Below, one piece after another: positions 25,990 to 38,384 of a DNA stretch of 64,000 nt (its first letter is position 1; every line of letters begins with the position of its first letter). The notes under the pieces are model-generated. The model had not been told where the DNA came from and ran no database searches. It saw nothing but the letters and a program-made list of their open reading frames with translations. The translations under genes and the position numbers were made by a program. Location of the stretch: NCBI GenBank assembly GCA_950097015.1, contig CATNEN010000038.1, positions 6,634,001 to 6,698,000 on the forward strand, in the 5' to 3' direction. The stretch is from Macrostomum hystrix. Taxonomy: Eukaryota > Animalia > Platyhelminthes.

Positions 25990-26512
25990 AGAGTGACAGA
26001 TTAAGAGAGTGACAGATTCAGAGAGTGACAGATTCAGAGAGTGACAGATTCAGAGAGTGACAGATTCAGAGAGTGACAGATTCAGAGAGTGACAGATTCA
26101 GAGAGTGACAGATTCAGAGAGTGACAGATTCAGAGAGTGATAGATTCGGAGAGTGACAGATTGAGAGAGTGACAGATTCAGAGAGTGATAGATTCGGAGA
26201 GTGACAGATTGAGAGAGTGACAGATTCAGAGAGTGACAGATTCAGAGAGTGACAGATTCAGAGAGTGATAGATTCAGAGAGTGACAGATTCAGAGAGTGA
26301 CAGATTCAGAGAGTGACAGATTCAGAGAGTGACAGATTCAGAGAGTGATAGATTCAGAGAGTGACAGATTCAGAGAGTGACAGATTCAGAGAGTGACAGA
26401 TTCAGAGAGTGACAGATTCAGAGAGTGACAGATTCAGAGAGTGACAGATTGAGAGAGTGACAGATTCAGAGAGTGACAGATTGAGAGAGTGACAGATTCA
26501 GAGAGTGATAGA
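25990..26512. repeat. 16-bp minisatellite GAGAGTGACAGATTCA
   Basis: Visible tandem array. Confidence 0.95.
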
Positions 26513-27084
26513 TGGAGCGAGTAGGATTTGACTGACTTGTGGAAATAAATTCGAATTTTTCTTTATCTGAAGTAAAATATATCGAAGCATGTAACATGAA
26601 ATGTTACAGCAACATCAGATGTAATTTAGTAGATTTAAAACCTTTTTTGCTAAAGTTTTTTTTAGCCAGAAAAGCAAAAAACTAGCCATATTGTCAACAC
26701 AAGTTGACTTACGGTAAACAACAATGCAAGAGACGGTAATAAATCACATTTTATTCATAATTTATCATGGAGATGGCACAATGCAGAAAACAAAACAAAT
26801 TGACTAATTGGTCACATAGAATTACCTATATATTGTTTTTCGTTGTAGTCTGTTTGAAGGTACTACTCGTAGTTAAAACATAAAAAATATCAAACATTTT
26901 TTCATGTTTTTAGTTCGTTTTTTTCACAATACAACAATGATTGATAGGTAGTGATAGTGATAGTGATAGATAGCAGTAGTTTCTAAATAAAGACAGCTTA
27001 AAAAATCGCTTTCACTAGTTAGATAATGAAGATTAAGAAGATTACATGGGCATTGCTTGACACGTCAGGCAAAAGACATGCCCA

Positions 27085-27305
27085 GATGTCAAATCTTGAC
27101 AGTGAAATGTCAGACGATGACAGTAATATGTCAGACGATGACGTTAAGATGTCAGACGATGACAGTAAGATGTCAGACGATGATGGTAAGATGTCAGACG
27201 ATAACGGTAAGATGTCAGACGATGACGGTAAGATGTCAGACGATGACAGTAAGATGTCAGACGATGACGGTAAGATGTAAAATGTTGACAGTAAGATGTC
27301 AAATG
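27085..27305. repeat. 21-bp minisatellite AAGATGTCAGACGATGACGGT
   Basis: About 10 tandem copies. Confidence 0.9.
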
Positions 27306-27428
27306 TTGAAATTGAGGTGTCAGACTAAGATTTCTTCTCGAATTTTATAGAAAAGCCACAGTATTTAGAATGCATTAATAAAATAGCATAAATATAATCA
27401 TCTACTTGCATTCAAAAATAAACAAACC

Positions 27429-27442
27429 GTTGCCATAGAAAC
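27429..27442. promoter_or_regulatory. Candidate RFX X-box GTTGCCATAGAAAC
   Basis: Matches GTTNCCATRGNAAC; the flanks extend the palindrome (ACCGTT...AACGGT). Motif match only. Confidence 0.3.
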
Positions 27443-27535
27443 GGTACGGTAAAAAAAACTTGCCGCTTTAAGGAATGGAATGGGAAATTAGAGTTTTATA
27501 TCCGTAAGCTAGCAAAACTAGATTAGACATCCTGA

Positions 27536-28218
27536 CACTGTAGGACCAGTGGGTAACAGACAATGCACTCACTTTAGGACCAGTGCGTAACAGACAATGC
27601 ACTCACTGTAGGACCAGTGGATAACAGACAATGCACTCACTGTAGGACCAGTGGGTAACAGAAAATGCGGGACCAGTGGATAACAGACAATGCAATCACT
27701 GTAGAACCAGTGGATAACAGACAATGCAGTCACTGTAGGACCAGTGGATAACAGACAATGCACTCACTGTAGGACCAGTGGGTAACAGACAATGCAGTCA
27801 CTATAGGACCAGTGGATAACAGACATTGCACTCACTGTAGGACCAGTGGATAACAGACAATGCACTCACTGTAGGACCAGTGGATAACAGACAATGCACT
27901 CACTGTAGGACCAGTGGATAACAGACAATGCACTCACTGTTGGACCAGTGGATAACAGACAATGCACTCACTGTTGGACCAGTGGATAACAGACAATGCA
28001 CTCACTGTAGGACCAGTGGGTAACAGACAATGCAGTCACTATAGGACCAGTGGATAACAGACATTGCACTCACTGTAGGACCAGTGGATAACAGACAATG
28101 CACTCACTGTAGGACCAGTGGATAACAGACAATGCACTCACTGTAGGACCAGTGGATAACAGACAATGCACTCACTGTAGAACCAGTGGGTAACAGACAA
28201 TGCAGTCACTGTAGAACC
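27536..28218. repeat. 34-bp minisatellite CACTGTAGGACCAGTGGATAACAGACAATGCACT
   Basis: About 20 tandem copies just downstream of the GPCR stop codon. Confidence 0.95.
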
Positions 28219-28293
28219 TACTCTAAGCCCAATCGGCTTCTCAAGCAGGATGCAGTGAGCATCGAGCTCAAGCAGCCTCTGCTGTCACAGATT

Positions 28294-31200
28294 TCAGTGT
28301 GCAGTTTCAGCTGGTGTCCCCTGAAAATTGTCCGAATCAGATTTCGGCAGGAGTTCCAGCGAGACATTGTTGCGAACCGTGTGGCTTTGACTTATCATCA
28401 CCGTGCCTCCGCCGTTCAGGGCGTCCTGATTGACGCTGCCGTCACGAAAGCGCGAGCCTGAAGTACATGAGTTGGATTGGAATTTTTCGGGATCTGGGAC
28501 TTAATGGAGACAAAGTAGATAACGAGACAGGGTAGATAAGGGAGATAGGTTAATTAAGAATACATGGAAGATAAAATGAACAGTGTATTTAAGGTAGACA
28601 TTGTTGATAAGGGAGACAGGGTAGATAAGGGAGATAAAGTAGATAAGGGAGACAAGGTAGATAAGGGAGATAGGGTAAATAAGGATACAGGGTAGATAAG
28701 CGAGATGGGGTAAATAAGGATACAGGGTAGATAAGGGAGATAATGTTGATAAGGGAGACAGTAGATAAGGGAGACAGAGTAGATAAGGGAGATAGGGTAA
28801 ATAAGGATACAGGGTAGATAGGCGAGATGGGGTAAATAAGGATACAGGGTAGATAAGGGAGATAATGTTGATAAGGGAGACAGTAGATAAGGGAGACAGA
28901 GTAGATAAGGGAGACAGAGTAGATAAGCGAGACAGAGTAGATAAGCGAGACAGAGTAGATAAGCGAGACAGAGTAGATAAGGGAGACAGAGTAGATAAGC
29001 GAGACCGTAGATAAGGAATACAGAGTAGATAAGGGAGACAGTAGATAAGGGAGACACTAGATAAGGGAGACAGTAGATAAGGGAGACAGAGTAGATAAGG
29101 GAGACAGTAGATAAGGGAGACACTAGATAAGGGAGACACTAGATAAGGGAGACACTAGATAAGGGAGACAGTAGATAAGGGAGACAGTAGATAAGGGAGA
29201 CAGTAGATAAGGGAGACAGTAGATAAGGGAGACAGTAGATAAGGGAGACAATAGATAAGGGAGACAGTAGATAAGGGAGACAGTAGATAAGGGAGACAGT
29301 AGATAAGGGAGACAGTAGATAAGGGAGACAGTAGATAAGGGAGACAGTAGATAAGGGAGACAGTAGATAAGCGAGACAGAGTAGATAAGCGAGACCGTAG
29401 ATAAGGAATACAGAGTAGATAAGGGAGACAGTAGATAAGGGAGACACTAGATAAGGGAGACAGTAGATAAGGGAGACAGAGTAGATAAGGGAGACAGTAG
29501 ATAAGGGAGACACTAGATAAGGGAGACACTAGATAAGGGAGACACTAGATAAGGGAGACAGTAGATAAGGGAGACAGTAGATAAGGGAGACAGTAGATAA
29601 GGGAGACACTAGATAAGGGAGACAGTAGATAAGGGAGACAGTAGATAAGGGAGACAGTAGATAAGGGAGACAGTAGATAAGAGAGACAGTAGATAAGGGA
29701 GACACTAGATAAGGGAGACAGTAGATAAGGGAGACAGTAGATAAGAGAGACAGTAGATAAGGGAGACAGTAGATAAGGGAGACAGTAGATAAGGGAGACA
29801 GTAGATAAGGGAGACAGTAGATAAGGGAGACACTAGATAAGGGAGACAGTAGATAAGGGAGACAGTAGATAAGGGAGACAGTAGATAAGGGAGACAGTAG
29901 ATAAGAGAGACAGTAGATAAGGGAGACAGTAGATAAGGGAGACAGTAGATAAGGGAGACAGTAGATAAGGGAGACAGTAGATAAGGGAGACAGTAGATAA
30001 GGGAGACAGTAGATAAGGGAGACAGTAGATAAGGGAGACAGTAGATAAGGAAGACAGTAGATAAGAGAGACACTAGATAAGGGAGACCGTAGATTAGGGA
30101 GACAGAGTAGATAAAGGAGACAGGGTAGATAAGGAAGACAGAGTAGATAAGGGAGACAGTAGATAAGGGAGACAGAGTAGATAAGGGAGACAGAGTAGAT
30201 AAGGGAGACAGAGTAGATAAGGGAGACAGGGATATGGTAAACAGGGTGGAAAATGTAGACTGGGTAGATAAGTGCCACAGGATATATCACACATATTAAA
30301 GCAAGTTGGAGAAATGTCAGTTGAAGCGAGGTCAGATTCCATTTAAGAGATGTGCTCAGTGTGATCAGATCATAGTAAGGAGATTTTGGTAGTGAAAATG
30401 AAATTTCTGCAGTCACGCGGCGAGGCCTGAGGGATAAGTAGGCTCAGTCGTGTTAAGTGTGTCAGATTTCCTACTGTACTTCTTAATTCTCTTCCTGTAG
30501 GATTTTCTTTCTCACTTTCGGGTCTCTACAGCCGCATTCGCACCCGCTTGGCCTGAGAAGCAGTTCGTCAGCTGTGACAGCCGATTTTTTTTAAAACCCA
30601 CGGAGCAATCTCTGTACCCTCACGAGCCAACATGGGAGTGCCAGCTTAGGCAGGCCGCGTGGTTCCAGTCAAGCGTAACAACTTTATCCCACCGCCTCCC
30701 ACACTTTGGGTGCGAAAAATTATTGGGAATTGAAAATCCAACTCCCATTTATAGTGCATTATTGATACCTGAATTATAAGTTGTCTTAGTTTGACATCGG
30801 CGAGCAAGATTATACTTAAATGACGTAGCTAATGAAAATTATAGTTCATAATCGGAATAACTGACAATTGGGATTATTCAGAATCAGGATAATTGGCCGC
30901 AATTAGGATAATTGACAATCGAAGTTCAGAATTTTAGAAATAATTAGGGATCATTAGCAAAACTTCACTCACACAAGCGAGCTAGTAGACGCTTAAATTC
31001 GCGCCGAAATTTCACCGACATGGCGTTGTAGATGACAGGATTTACCGCGGAATTTCCGTACACCAGTAGGCGGCTAATCACGACGTACCACTCGGAGCGG
31101 ATTCTGTAGCTGCTGGGGGCGATGCTGTTGTAAGCCACAAGAAACCGGTACGGCAGCCAAAGCAGAGCGAACAGAACCACCACCACAAACAGCATCTTCA

Positions 31201-34200
31201 CCACCTGAGCGGTTATTGAATGAGAAATGGTTCGAGTTTCACAATTTTCGATACATATAGGCCCAGTTAGTTCATCAAAATTTAATCCTATCATATATAG
31301 ATAGAAATGACACCTAACCCAGTTGGGCCAGATGTAAAAGCATTGGAACAGCCTCAGCTGGAATATGCGGCAGTCAACAGGTTAAGCTGAGAACTCGAGA
31401 GGAAGGCTCTGCTGAGAGAGGAACCAGCCGGCTTCAGAGATCAGCTACGGACCCGTACTGCCAGGAGACCACTGACGGCTTCCAGAAGAAGCTTGTGACA
31501 ATCCTTTTGCTTATAGATTTCGAAGAGGCATGCAATGCAGTATTGAGAACTGGGGCTGATCAAGAAAATGTGTAGTCCTGTCGCCGCTGCTGTTCGTGGT
31601 GTTCGTAGGTGACATCACGAGGGACCTCCGTCCAAAAACGTCCGAGGCTTATAACGCAGAAGACAAACGTCCAAGTCGGTATGTACGCAAACGACAAACG
31701 TCCAAGTCGGTATGTACGCAGACGACAAACGTCCAAGTCGGTATGTACGCAGACGAAAAACGTTCGGGTCATTGAAGGGCCTCGAAGTGAAGCAGACGGA
31801 GCTCCCTGGGTACCTTGGTGCACCACCCTTGACAGGAGGCTGACCACGGTAGAATACGCCCGCATCACATGTTACATCACGATTACATCTGCTCACGAGA
31901 ATATATGTGGCCTGGTCGGCGGATTGACCTGGTCGCAACCAACCAACGCACCAACAGCCAACCCAGTCATACCAACGACCTGAAGAGACCCGACGACCTC
32001 TGCCGCTGTACGACCGGGGCAAAAAGCATCTGGACACTCAAGGACATGGATTGCTTACCTAGGATTGAGATTCGAACTCTCGACCTCTCACTTTTAGAAG
32101 TCTGAAGCAAATAGATTAATTAATCTTAAGCAATGGTTCAGCCCAATGTCTCAATTGGTCCGCTAGTACTTGATTTCTGATTCGCTTTTTAAAGATGCGC
32201 TCCGTCTGTTCCAGACATTCAAAATTACCGAACCCATGCGGAACCGCTCCGGGGATCAGCGTGGAACAAAAGCCATTGGGAAGGCATTTTTTCTAACTTG
32301 AGAATTTTTTCTAAGTCAGAGTTTACGGCGGTTGCTAAAGCGAAAATCGAGGGGAGAAAAACTCCTAGTGGAGCGCCCATTGCGAGACGGGCCACCTGCT
32401 GCTGGGGATCTGGATTCCTTACCGCTAAAATTATGATTTTTTTTCGCATTTTTTCCCAAGTGAAAAAACGATTGACTAACTGGCGTTGGCCAAATTCAAA
32501 CGGGCATTCAGTCAATCAGTTTTGGTGTAAATGGCCCGCACTGCATGTGTGGACTTTACAGACCTCAAAGAATTAGAAAATAAGGATTTTGAGGCAAAGA
32601 GAAGGATAGAGAAGGATAGAGATTGATAAAGAGCAGGGGTCGGCAAATTTATTAGCTAGCGGGCCAATGAGAGAACATCAAAGACGATAGCGGTTCGTAT
32701 TGACTGTAGAAATGTGTGATAGTGGAGAGATGAGAGAGGGGAGAGATGATGCACAGAAGAGATGGGGCAGAGAAGAGATGACGGGGAGATGAGACATGCG
32801 AGAGATGAGACACGAGAGAGACTAGACCGAGGAGAGATGTGACAGGGAAAGATTAAACAGGATACTGTAGGTGTCGGAAGGGGCAACGGGCCGGATTTGG
32901 GAGCTTCGAGGGCCGCATCTGGCCCGCGGGCCGAAGTTTGCCGACCCCTGATAGAGAGTAATAGAAGAGGATAGAGAATGACAGAGAGAGAAAGGGAAGG
33001 ATGGAGAAGGAGACTTAAAGAACAAGAACAAGAAAATGTTTCTTTTGAAAGAACTGAAGAAGATGGATTACGAATGAATTGATGAACGGCAGACCATGAC
33101 AAAAGCACTGAGTGGCATTTGAATCGCTTTCTTATAAAACAGCGAAAAGTCAACATCGCCGGTCATTCCACCGGCCAACCTGTCAAATCTGCATAAAATG
33201 GTTTGATGACTTAAAGCCATTTGACTATAGCTATACTATGCCAACTATAGCTATATTGTCAACGAGTTTCTGAAACTTTTAACTAGCCTCTAGAAGCCTC
33301 TACTGCAGCAGCTGCTTGCTTCTGTCGCTCTCTCTCCCACTCTGTCTCTCTGTCTGTCTGTAATATGACCGAAATTGATGGCCAGTTTCACCTCCAAACG
33401 TCTGTCAGTTTGCTTACTCGTTCTGTCCGACAATTGTTGGGGCCGGTATGGCGTCAGAAAAAAAACTCATCCCGTCTGCGCTGCGGGACTATTTATTGAA
33501 AGGATTATTTGCTTCTGTCCGACGCTGCAGCGTCATATTTCCTCTTCTTTTTTTTTAATTTCGGCCTCCTAGCAGGCGCTGCCTCATCAGTTCACCTTTC
33601 GACGCATTCAATCTGTGCGCAATTGACAGATTACTAAAAGCTTATCACTCCGCGGCGGAAGCCAAGAGAGGGCCTTGTGTATGCTGGGAAGAAAATTTAG
33701 ATTGCTAAGTCATTGCTTTTTATCCATTTACCAATTGGTTGGTTAGAATCTCAGACTGTTATTCTTTAATTAGTACGCTGTGTTTGATTGACAGACAACG
33801 TCCCTGAGCTCGATTCCGCGGCGAGGCCACATTCCGTTTGGGCGGCGCAGCCGCGGAGAGAAGGCTTGGCGGCTTGTCATGAAATTTACGCCAACGAAGG
33901 CTAATTTCCAATGTATAACAGTGACAGTGTACACTGGCCTGACGATTAGAAAATCAGGGCATATGCCCATACCTGTGTGAGCATGCACCAACGTACTATC
34001 TGTGTACTCGTGCGCGTGTGCTCAGCGGAAATCAGCGGAATGGGCAGAATTGCCTCCTGTAACATGACCGTGCGGGTCGACTGTCACTAAAGGGTGAAGG
34101 TATTTTGAATACCCACATTTTTATTTTTCCATGTCTCCCTGAATATTCAACCAATCGCCAGGAAAATCCAAAACACGGGCAGAAATGCTCCGCTCTATGC

Positions 34201-35411
34201 GATGAAACAGAACATTACTATAATCTCTTATCATTCGACGGACCCTGTGTACTTCCAGCCGCTTTCTGATTGGCTGGCCCGCCACAGTTATCAGTCGCTG
34301 ACTTGCCTGAATGCGGCTCTGCTGACTGCGGGCCGCGTTGGAGCTTCTGAGCGGCGCGTTGCCGGAGCCACCTCCGGCGCCCCTCTGGCCGCCGGCGGCT
34401 CCGGCGCTTGTTCCGAACAGGACCCGGGCAATGGCCGAGTACATGATCGTCAGCAGGATCAGCGGAACGAAGTAGAACAGCACGAGGTCACCCATGTACA
34501 GGGACATGTAGGCTCGGTTTGATCGATTGTACCTGTGTGGATTCGAACATGCGCCCGTAATAACTCTTGAGTAGACACAAAATTGGCCCTGGTTTGCTAT
34601 GTCCGACAACACCTAAAGTTCACTGATTGGCTGCCTAAGTCATACAGCTAGCCAAGCTTTCTGATTAGCTGGTACAAATATTAATTTTTCTCTTTCGTCT
34701 GTGCCCGCAAGCTCTGATTGGCTGTCACTTTGAGACCAACAGCACCAGAAGCTCTCTGATTGGCTGGTATGAATTTAGATTTTTCTCTTACCTGTGCCTG
34801 CAGGCCGGTAAAACCAGGCTGCCATTCAGCATTGTCCGCTGCTTAATCATGGCGAGGTAAATCCAGGGCGAATTGTACAACAAGCCGAACAGCCAGATGC
34901 CCAGGATGATTCTCTTGGCCCGTTTCACGGTGCAAGCCGTCTGGGCGCTGATTGGATGACAGATGGCGATGAATCTCTCAACGGAGAAGGCAGTGATGGA
35001 GAAGGCGCTGGTGTTAACGCCCACGTAGGTGAGGTAGACGCTCATTTGGCAGCCAACAATGCCGCCGAGCACCCAGTGGTCACGGATGGCGTTCAGTTCC
35101 ACTAGGAGCGACACGGAACCGACAACCAGCACTATGAGGTCAGCGGCCGACAATGACACCAGGTAGCAGTTGGTTGGAGTCAGCATTCTTGCCTTGGCCG
35201 TCAGCACCACCAGAATCACCAGGATGTTGCCGAGGAAGCCAACTGCCAAGTTCGCGCCGCACACCAGACTGGCAACCGATCGCATTGGAATGTTGTAGTA
35301 CAGCTCCAGGTACGGAATCTTGCTGAGGTCCAAGGCTGTTGCCATGGAATTATCATCTAAGGCAGGTTCGGTTGCTATGGCAACAGTCGAAGGGCTCGTG
35401 CTCAGTGACAT
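28294..35411 (-). CDS. TRHR: Thyrotropin-releasing hormone receptor-like class A GPCR, 4 coding exons
   Basis: Exons 35411-34792, 34532-34307, 31204-30973, 28457-28294, with consistent phases 2/0/1. TRHR signatures [65 protein letters not shown] and NSAVNPVIYNAMSVKFR. Confidence 0.9.
28600..30230. repeat. 17/19-bp minisatellite GTAGATAAGGGAGACA(GA) with a 390-bp higher-order duplication
   Basis: Tandem array in the last TRHR intron; the GAGACCGTAGATAAGGAATAC marker recurs at ~29001 and ~29391. Confidence 0.95.
31340..31560 (+). mobile_element. Degraded LINE reverse-transcriptase fragment
   Basis: Remnants EEPAGFR and IDFEEA resemble the RT motifs EQAGFR and DFEKAFD. Confidence 0.4.
31663..31755. 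repeat. 31-bp unit x3, ACAAACGTCCAAGTCGGTATGTACGCAGACG
   Basis: Three adjacent copies with no spacers. Confidence 0.85.
32634..32950. mobile_element. hAT (Charlie-like) MITE
   Basis: TIR CAGGGGTCGGCAAA / TTTGCCGACCCCTG; subterminal GGCCCGCGGGCC; 8-bp TSD ATAAAGAG / ATAGAGAG. Confidence 0.85.
33800..34090 (+). mobile_element. SINE family 1 copy, 5'-truncated
   Basis: GTCCCTGAGCTCGATTCCGCGGCGAGGCCACAT...GGCAGAATTGCCTC is colinear with the 14193-14556 copy. Confidence 0.8.
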
Positions 35412-36021
35412 TGTGTTTTACCGCTTCAGTCAGCTGAATTTTCTGTCTTCCCTGCTTACATTGACTCCCTACATTAGTCCTCATTCCTTATCTCTTTAAA
35501 TCCCAACTGTAAAAATCCCTAAGCCAATCAGAATCAAAGAAGTGAAACGATTGGCTAGAATGTTGGAAGGATATTTTATTCGGGATCTCAAAGCATTGGG
35601 TATTGACTAAAAGCTACAAGACTGTTTAAAATTTGCAAAAAACAAAGGGTGCTCTAAACAAAAGGTTTGAAAAAAATTGAGAAAATTTAAATTAAGAATC
35701 GGATTTAGAGAGGCCATCCTGAGCCCTTGGACGGGAAAAAAATTAATTTCTCAGCTTGAAAAACTAACTCGCGAATAACAATGAGACACTACTACTCAGA
35801 TGGCCCATCCGACCAGGTTATTTTTTACATCTCTTTTATTGGGATAAATGCAACCTTGTGTAAAATCCAGAGTTGTTTTTTCAGCGCTGAGCACTGCTGA
35901 GTAGGCTGACTGAGGAATAGAAATTCGCTGTAGATTTTTGAAGACAACTGTTTAACGGTTTTTTGTTTGGCCATTGTTGATTGCCTTTAGTACTTTTGCA
36001 GAGAACTATTTCATATTTTAG

Positions 36022-37412
36022 TGGATCATGGAATCAGCTCAGGAATCATGGAATCGGCTGAGTGATCATGGAATTGGCTTAGGGATCATGGAATCGGCTG
36101 AGGGATCATGGAATGGGCTGAGTGATCATGGAATCGGCTGAGGGATCATGGAATGGGCTGAGGGATCATGGAATCGGCTGACTGATCATGGAATCAGCTG
36201 AGGGATCATGGAATCAGCTGAGGGATCATGGAATCAGCTGAGGGATCATGGAATCAGCTGAGGGATCATGGAATCAGCTGAGGGATCATGGAATCGGCTG
36301 AGGGATCATGGAATCAGCTGAGTGATCATGGAATCGGCTGAGGGATCATGGAATCGGCTGAGGGATCATGGAATCCGCTGAGGGATCATGGAATCGGCTG
36401 ACTGATCATGGAATCAGCTGAGGGATCATGGAATCAGCTGAGGGATCATGGAATCGGCTGAGGGATCATGGAATCGGCTGACTGATCATGGAATCAACTG
36501 AGGGATCATGGAATCGGCTGAGGGATCATGGAATCGGCTGACTGATCATGGAATCAACTGAGAGATCATGGAATCGGCTGAGGGATCATGGAATCAGCTG
36601 AGGGATCATGGAATCGGCTGAGGGATCATGGAATCAGCTAAGTGATCATGAAATCAGCTGAGGGATCATGGAATCAGCTGAGGGATCATGGAATCAGCTG
36701 AGGGATCATGGAATCAGCTGAGGGATCATGGAATCAGCTGAGGGATCATGGAATCAGCTAAGTGATCATGAAATCAGCTGAGGGATCATGGAATCAGCTG
36801 AGGGATCATGGAATCAGCTGAGGGATCATGGAATCGGCTGAGGGATCATGGAATCAGCTAAGTGATCATGGAATCAGCTGAGGGATCATGGAATCAGCTG
36901 AGGGATCATGGAATCAGCTAAGTGATCATGGAATCAGCTGAGGGATCATGGAATCGGCTGAGGGATCATGGAATCGGCTGAGGGATCATGGAATCAGCTG
37001 AGGGATCATGGAATCAGCTGAGGGATCATGGAATCAGCTAAGTGATCATGAAATCAGCTGAGGGATCATGGAATCAGCTGAGGGATCCTGGAATCAGCTG
37101 AGGGATCATGGAATCAGCTGAGGGATCATGGAATCGGCTCACTGATCATGGAATCAACTGAGGGATCAGGGAATCGGCTGAGGGATCATGGAATCGGCTG
37201 AGTGATCATGGAATCGGCTGAAGGATCATGGAATCGGCTGAGGGATCATGGAATCGGCTGAGGGATCATGGAATCAGCTGAGGGATCATGGAATCAGCTG
37301 AGGGATCATGGAATCAGCTGAGTGATCATGGAATCGGCTGAGGGATCATGGAATCAGCTGAGGGATCATGGAATCAGCTGAGTGATCATTGAATCTGCTG
37401 AGGGATCATGGA
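36022..37412. repeat. 20-bp minisatellite GGGATCATGGAATCAGCTGA
   Basis: About 70 tandem copies upstream of the TRHR start. Confidence 0.95.
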
Positions 37413-38384
37413 AACACGACTGACAGGCCGAAAGACAGACAGACAGACAGTTCCTTCATTCCTGGAAATCACAGAAATTCCGGAAATATTTTCTGTCACT
37501 TTCAACAGTTCTGGGCGTTTCCTCAAGCGGGCAAAGCCCACCCCACTCGCTGAGGTGTGACCCGCTTAATCAGCGTGTCGTGTCGTCACGCAACACCTTA
37601 GAAACACCTTAAAAACGCGTTTATGGTGAAAGCCAAATTCGACAAACCAGCATATTTAATCCATATTTAATCCCGAGAAGAGAGACTTATGTTCGCGTGA
37701 ATTTTTCTTTTGTTCCTTTTCCGGGTTCCATCGTTCTAAATAGAATTCCTTGCGTCGAAACGCAGCAATTTAAGCTGTTTAATCTAGACTGCAAGGAAAT
37801 CAGTTCCCAGATTGGACTCGATAGTTTTTTATTTCAATTGAATAATTGCCAACTGGGAAATCACTGCAGGCATTCATTAATATTTCAGACTCGGGATTAA
37901 AATTTTTGCAAGGTTTGGCTTAGCTAATGTGTCTGCTCGAACAAAACCCTCAACCAACGCTTGGCGATTTTGAGGTGAGTTCAGGAACAAAAAATCCCTG
38001 CAACAGCAACTGTTTTTCCCGGCGTCCAAATCCGACTGAATGGTGAATTGTGTCTCGTCTAACAAACTAAATTGTTGATTGCACGCAGACGTAATTGCTA
38101 GAAAAACAGAGTCCCATTTTCATCAAGCATTTCTTTGTCGCTAAGACTTTGTCGAAACGAATAATTTCTAAATCACCTGTGATTCGAGAGTACATTAAGT
38201 CGGCAGGTGCAAAATGCAGCGCAATCTGCTTATGAAGTTTAGCAAAGCTAAACTAAGGTCTCGTACTACTAAGAATCAAATAAGATTTGAAAATACGGTT
38301 TTAGGAGCGGTAAAATTTATATTATTAAAACATAACAAACAAGCAAAATATCAAAAGTTATAACAAACGAGAAATGCCACGTGT

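Noticed and set aside
23407-30416. Repetitive ORFs of 84-295 aa on both strands
   Set aside because: All lie in minisatellite arrays; no splice or codon evidence.
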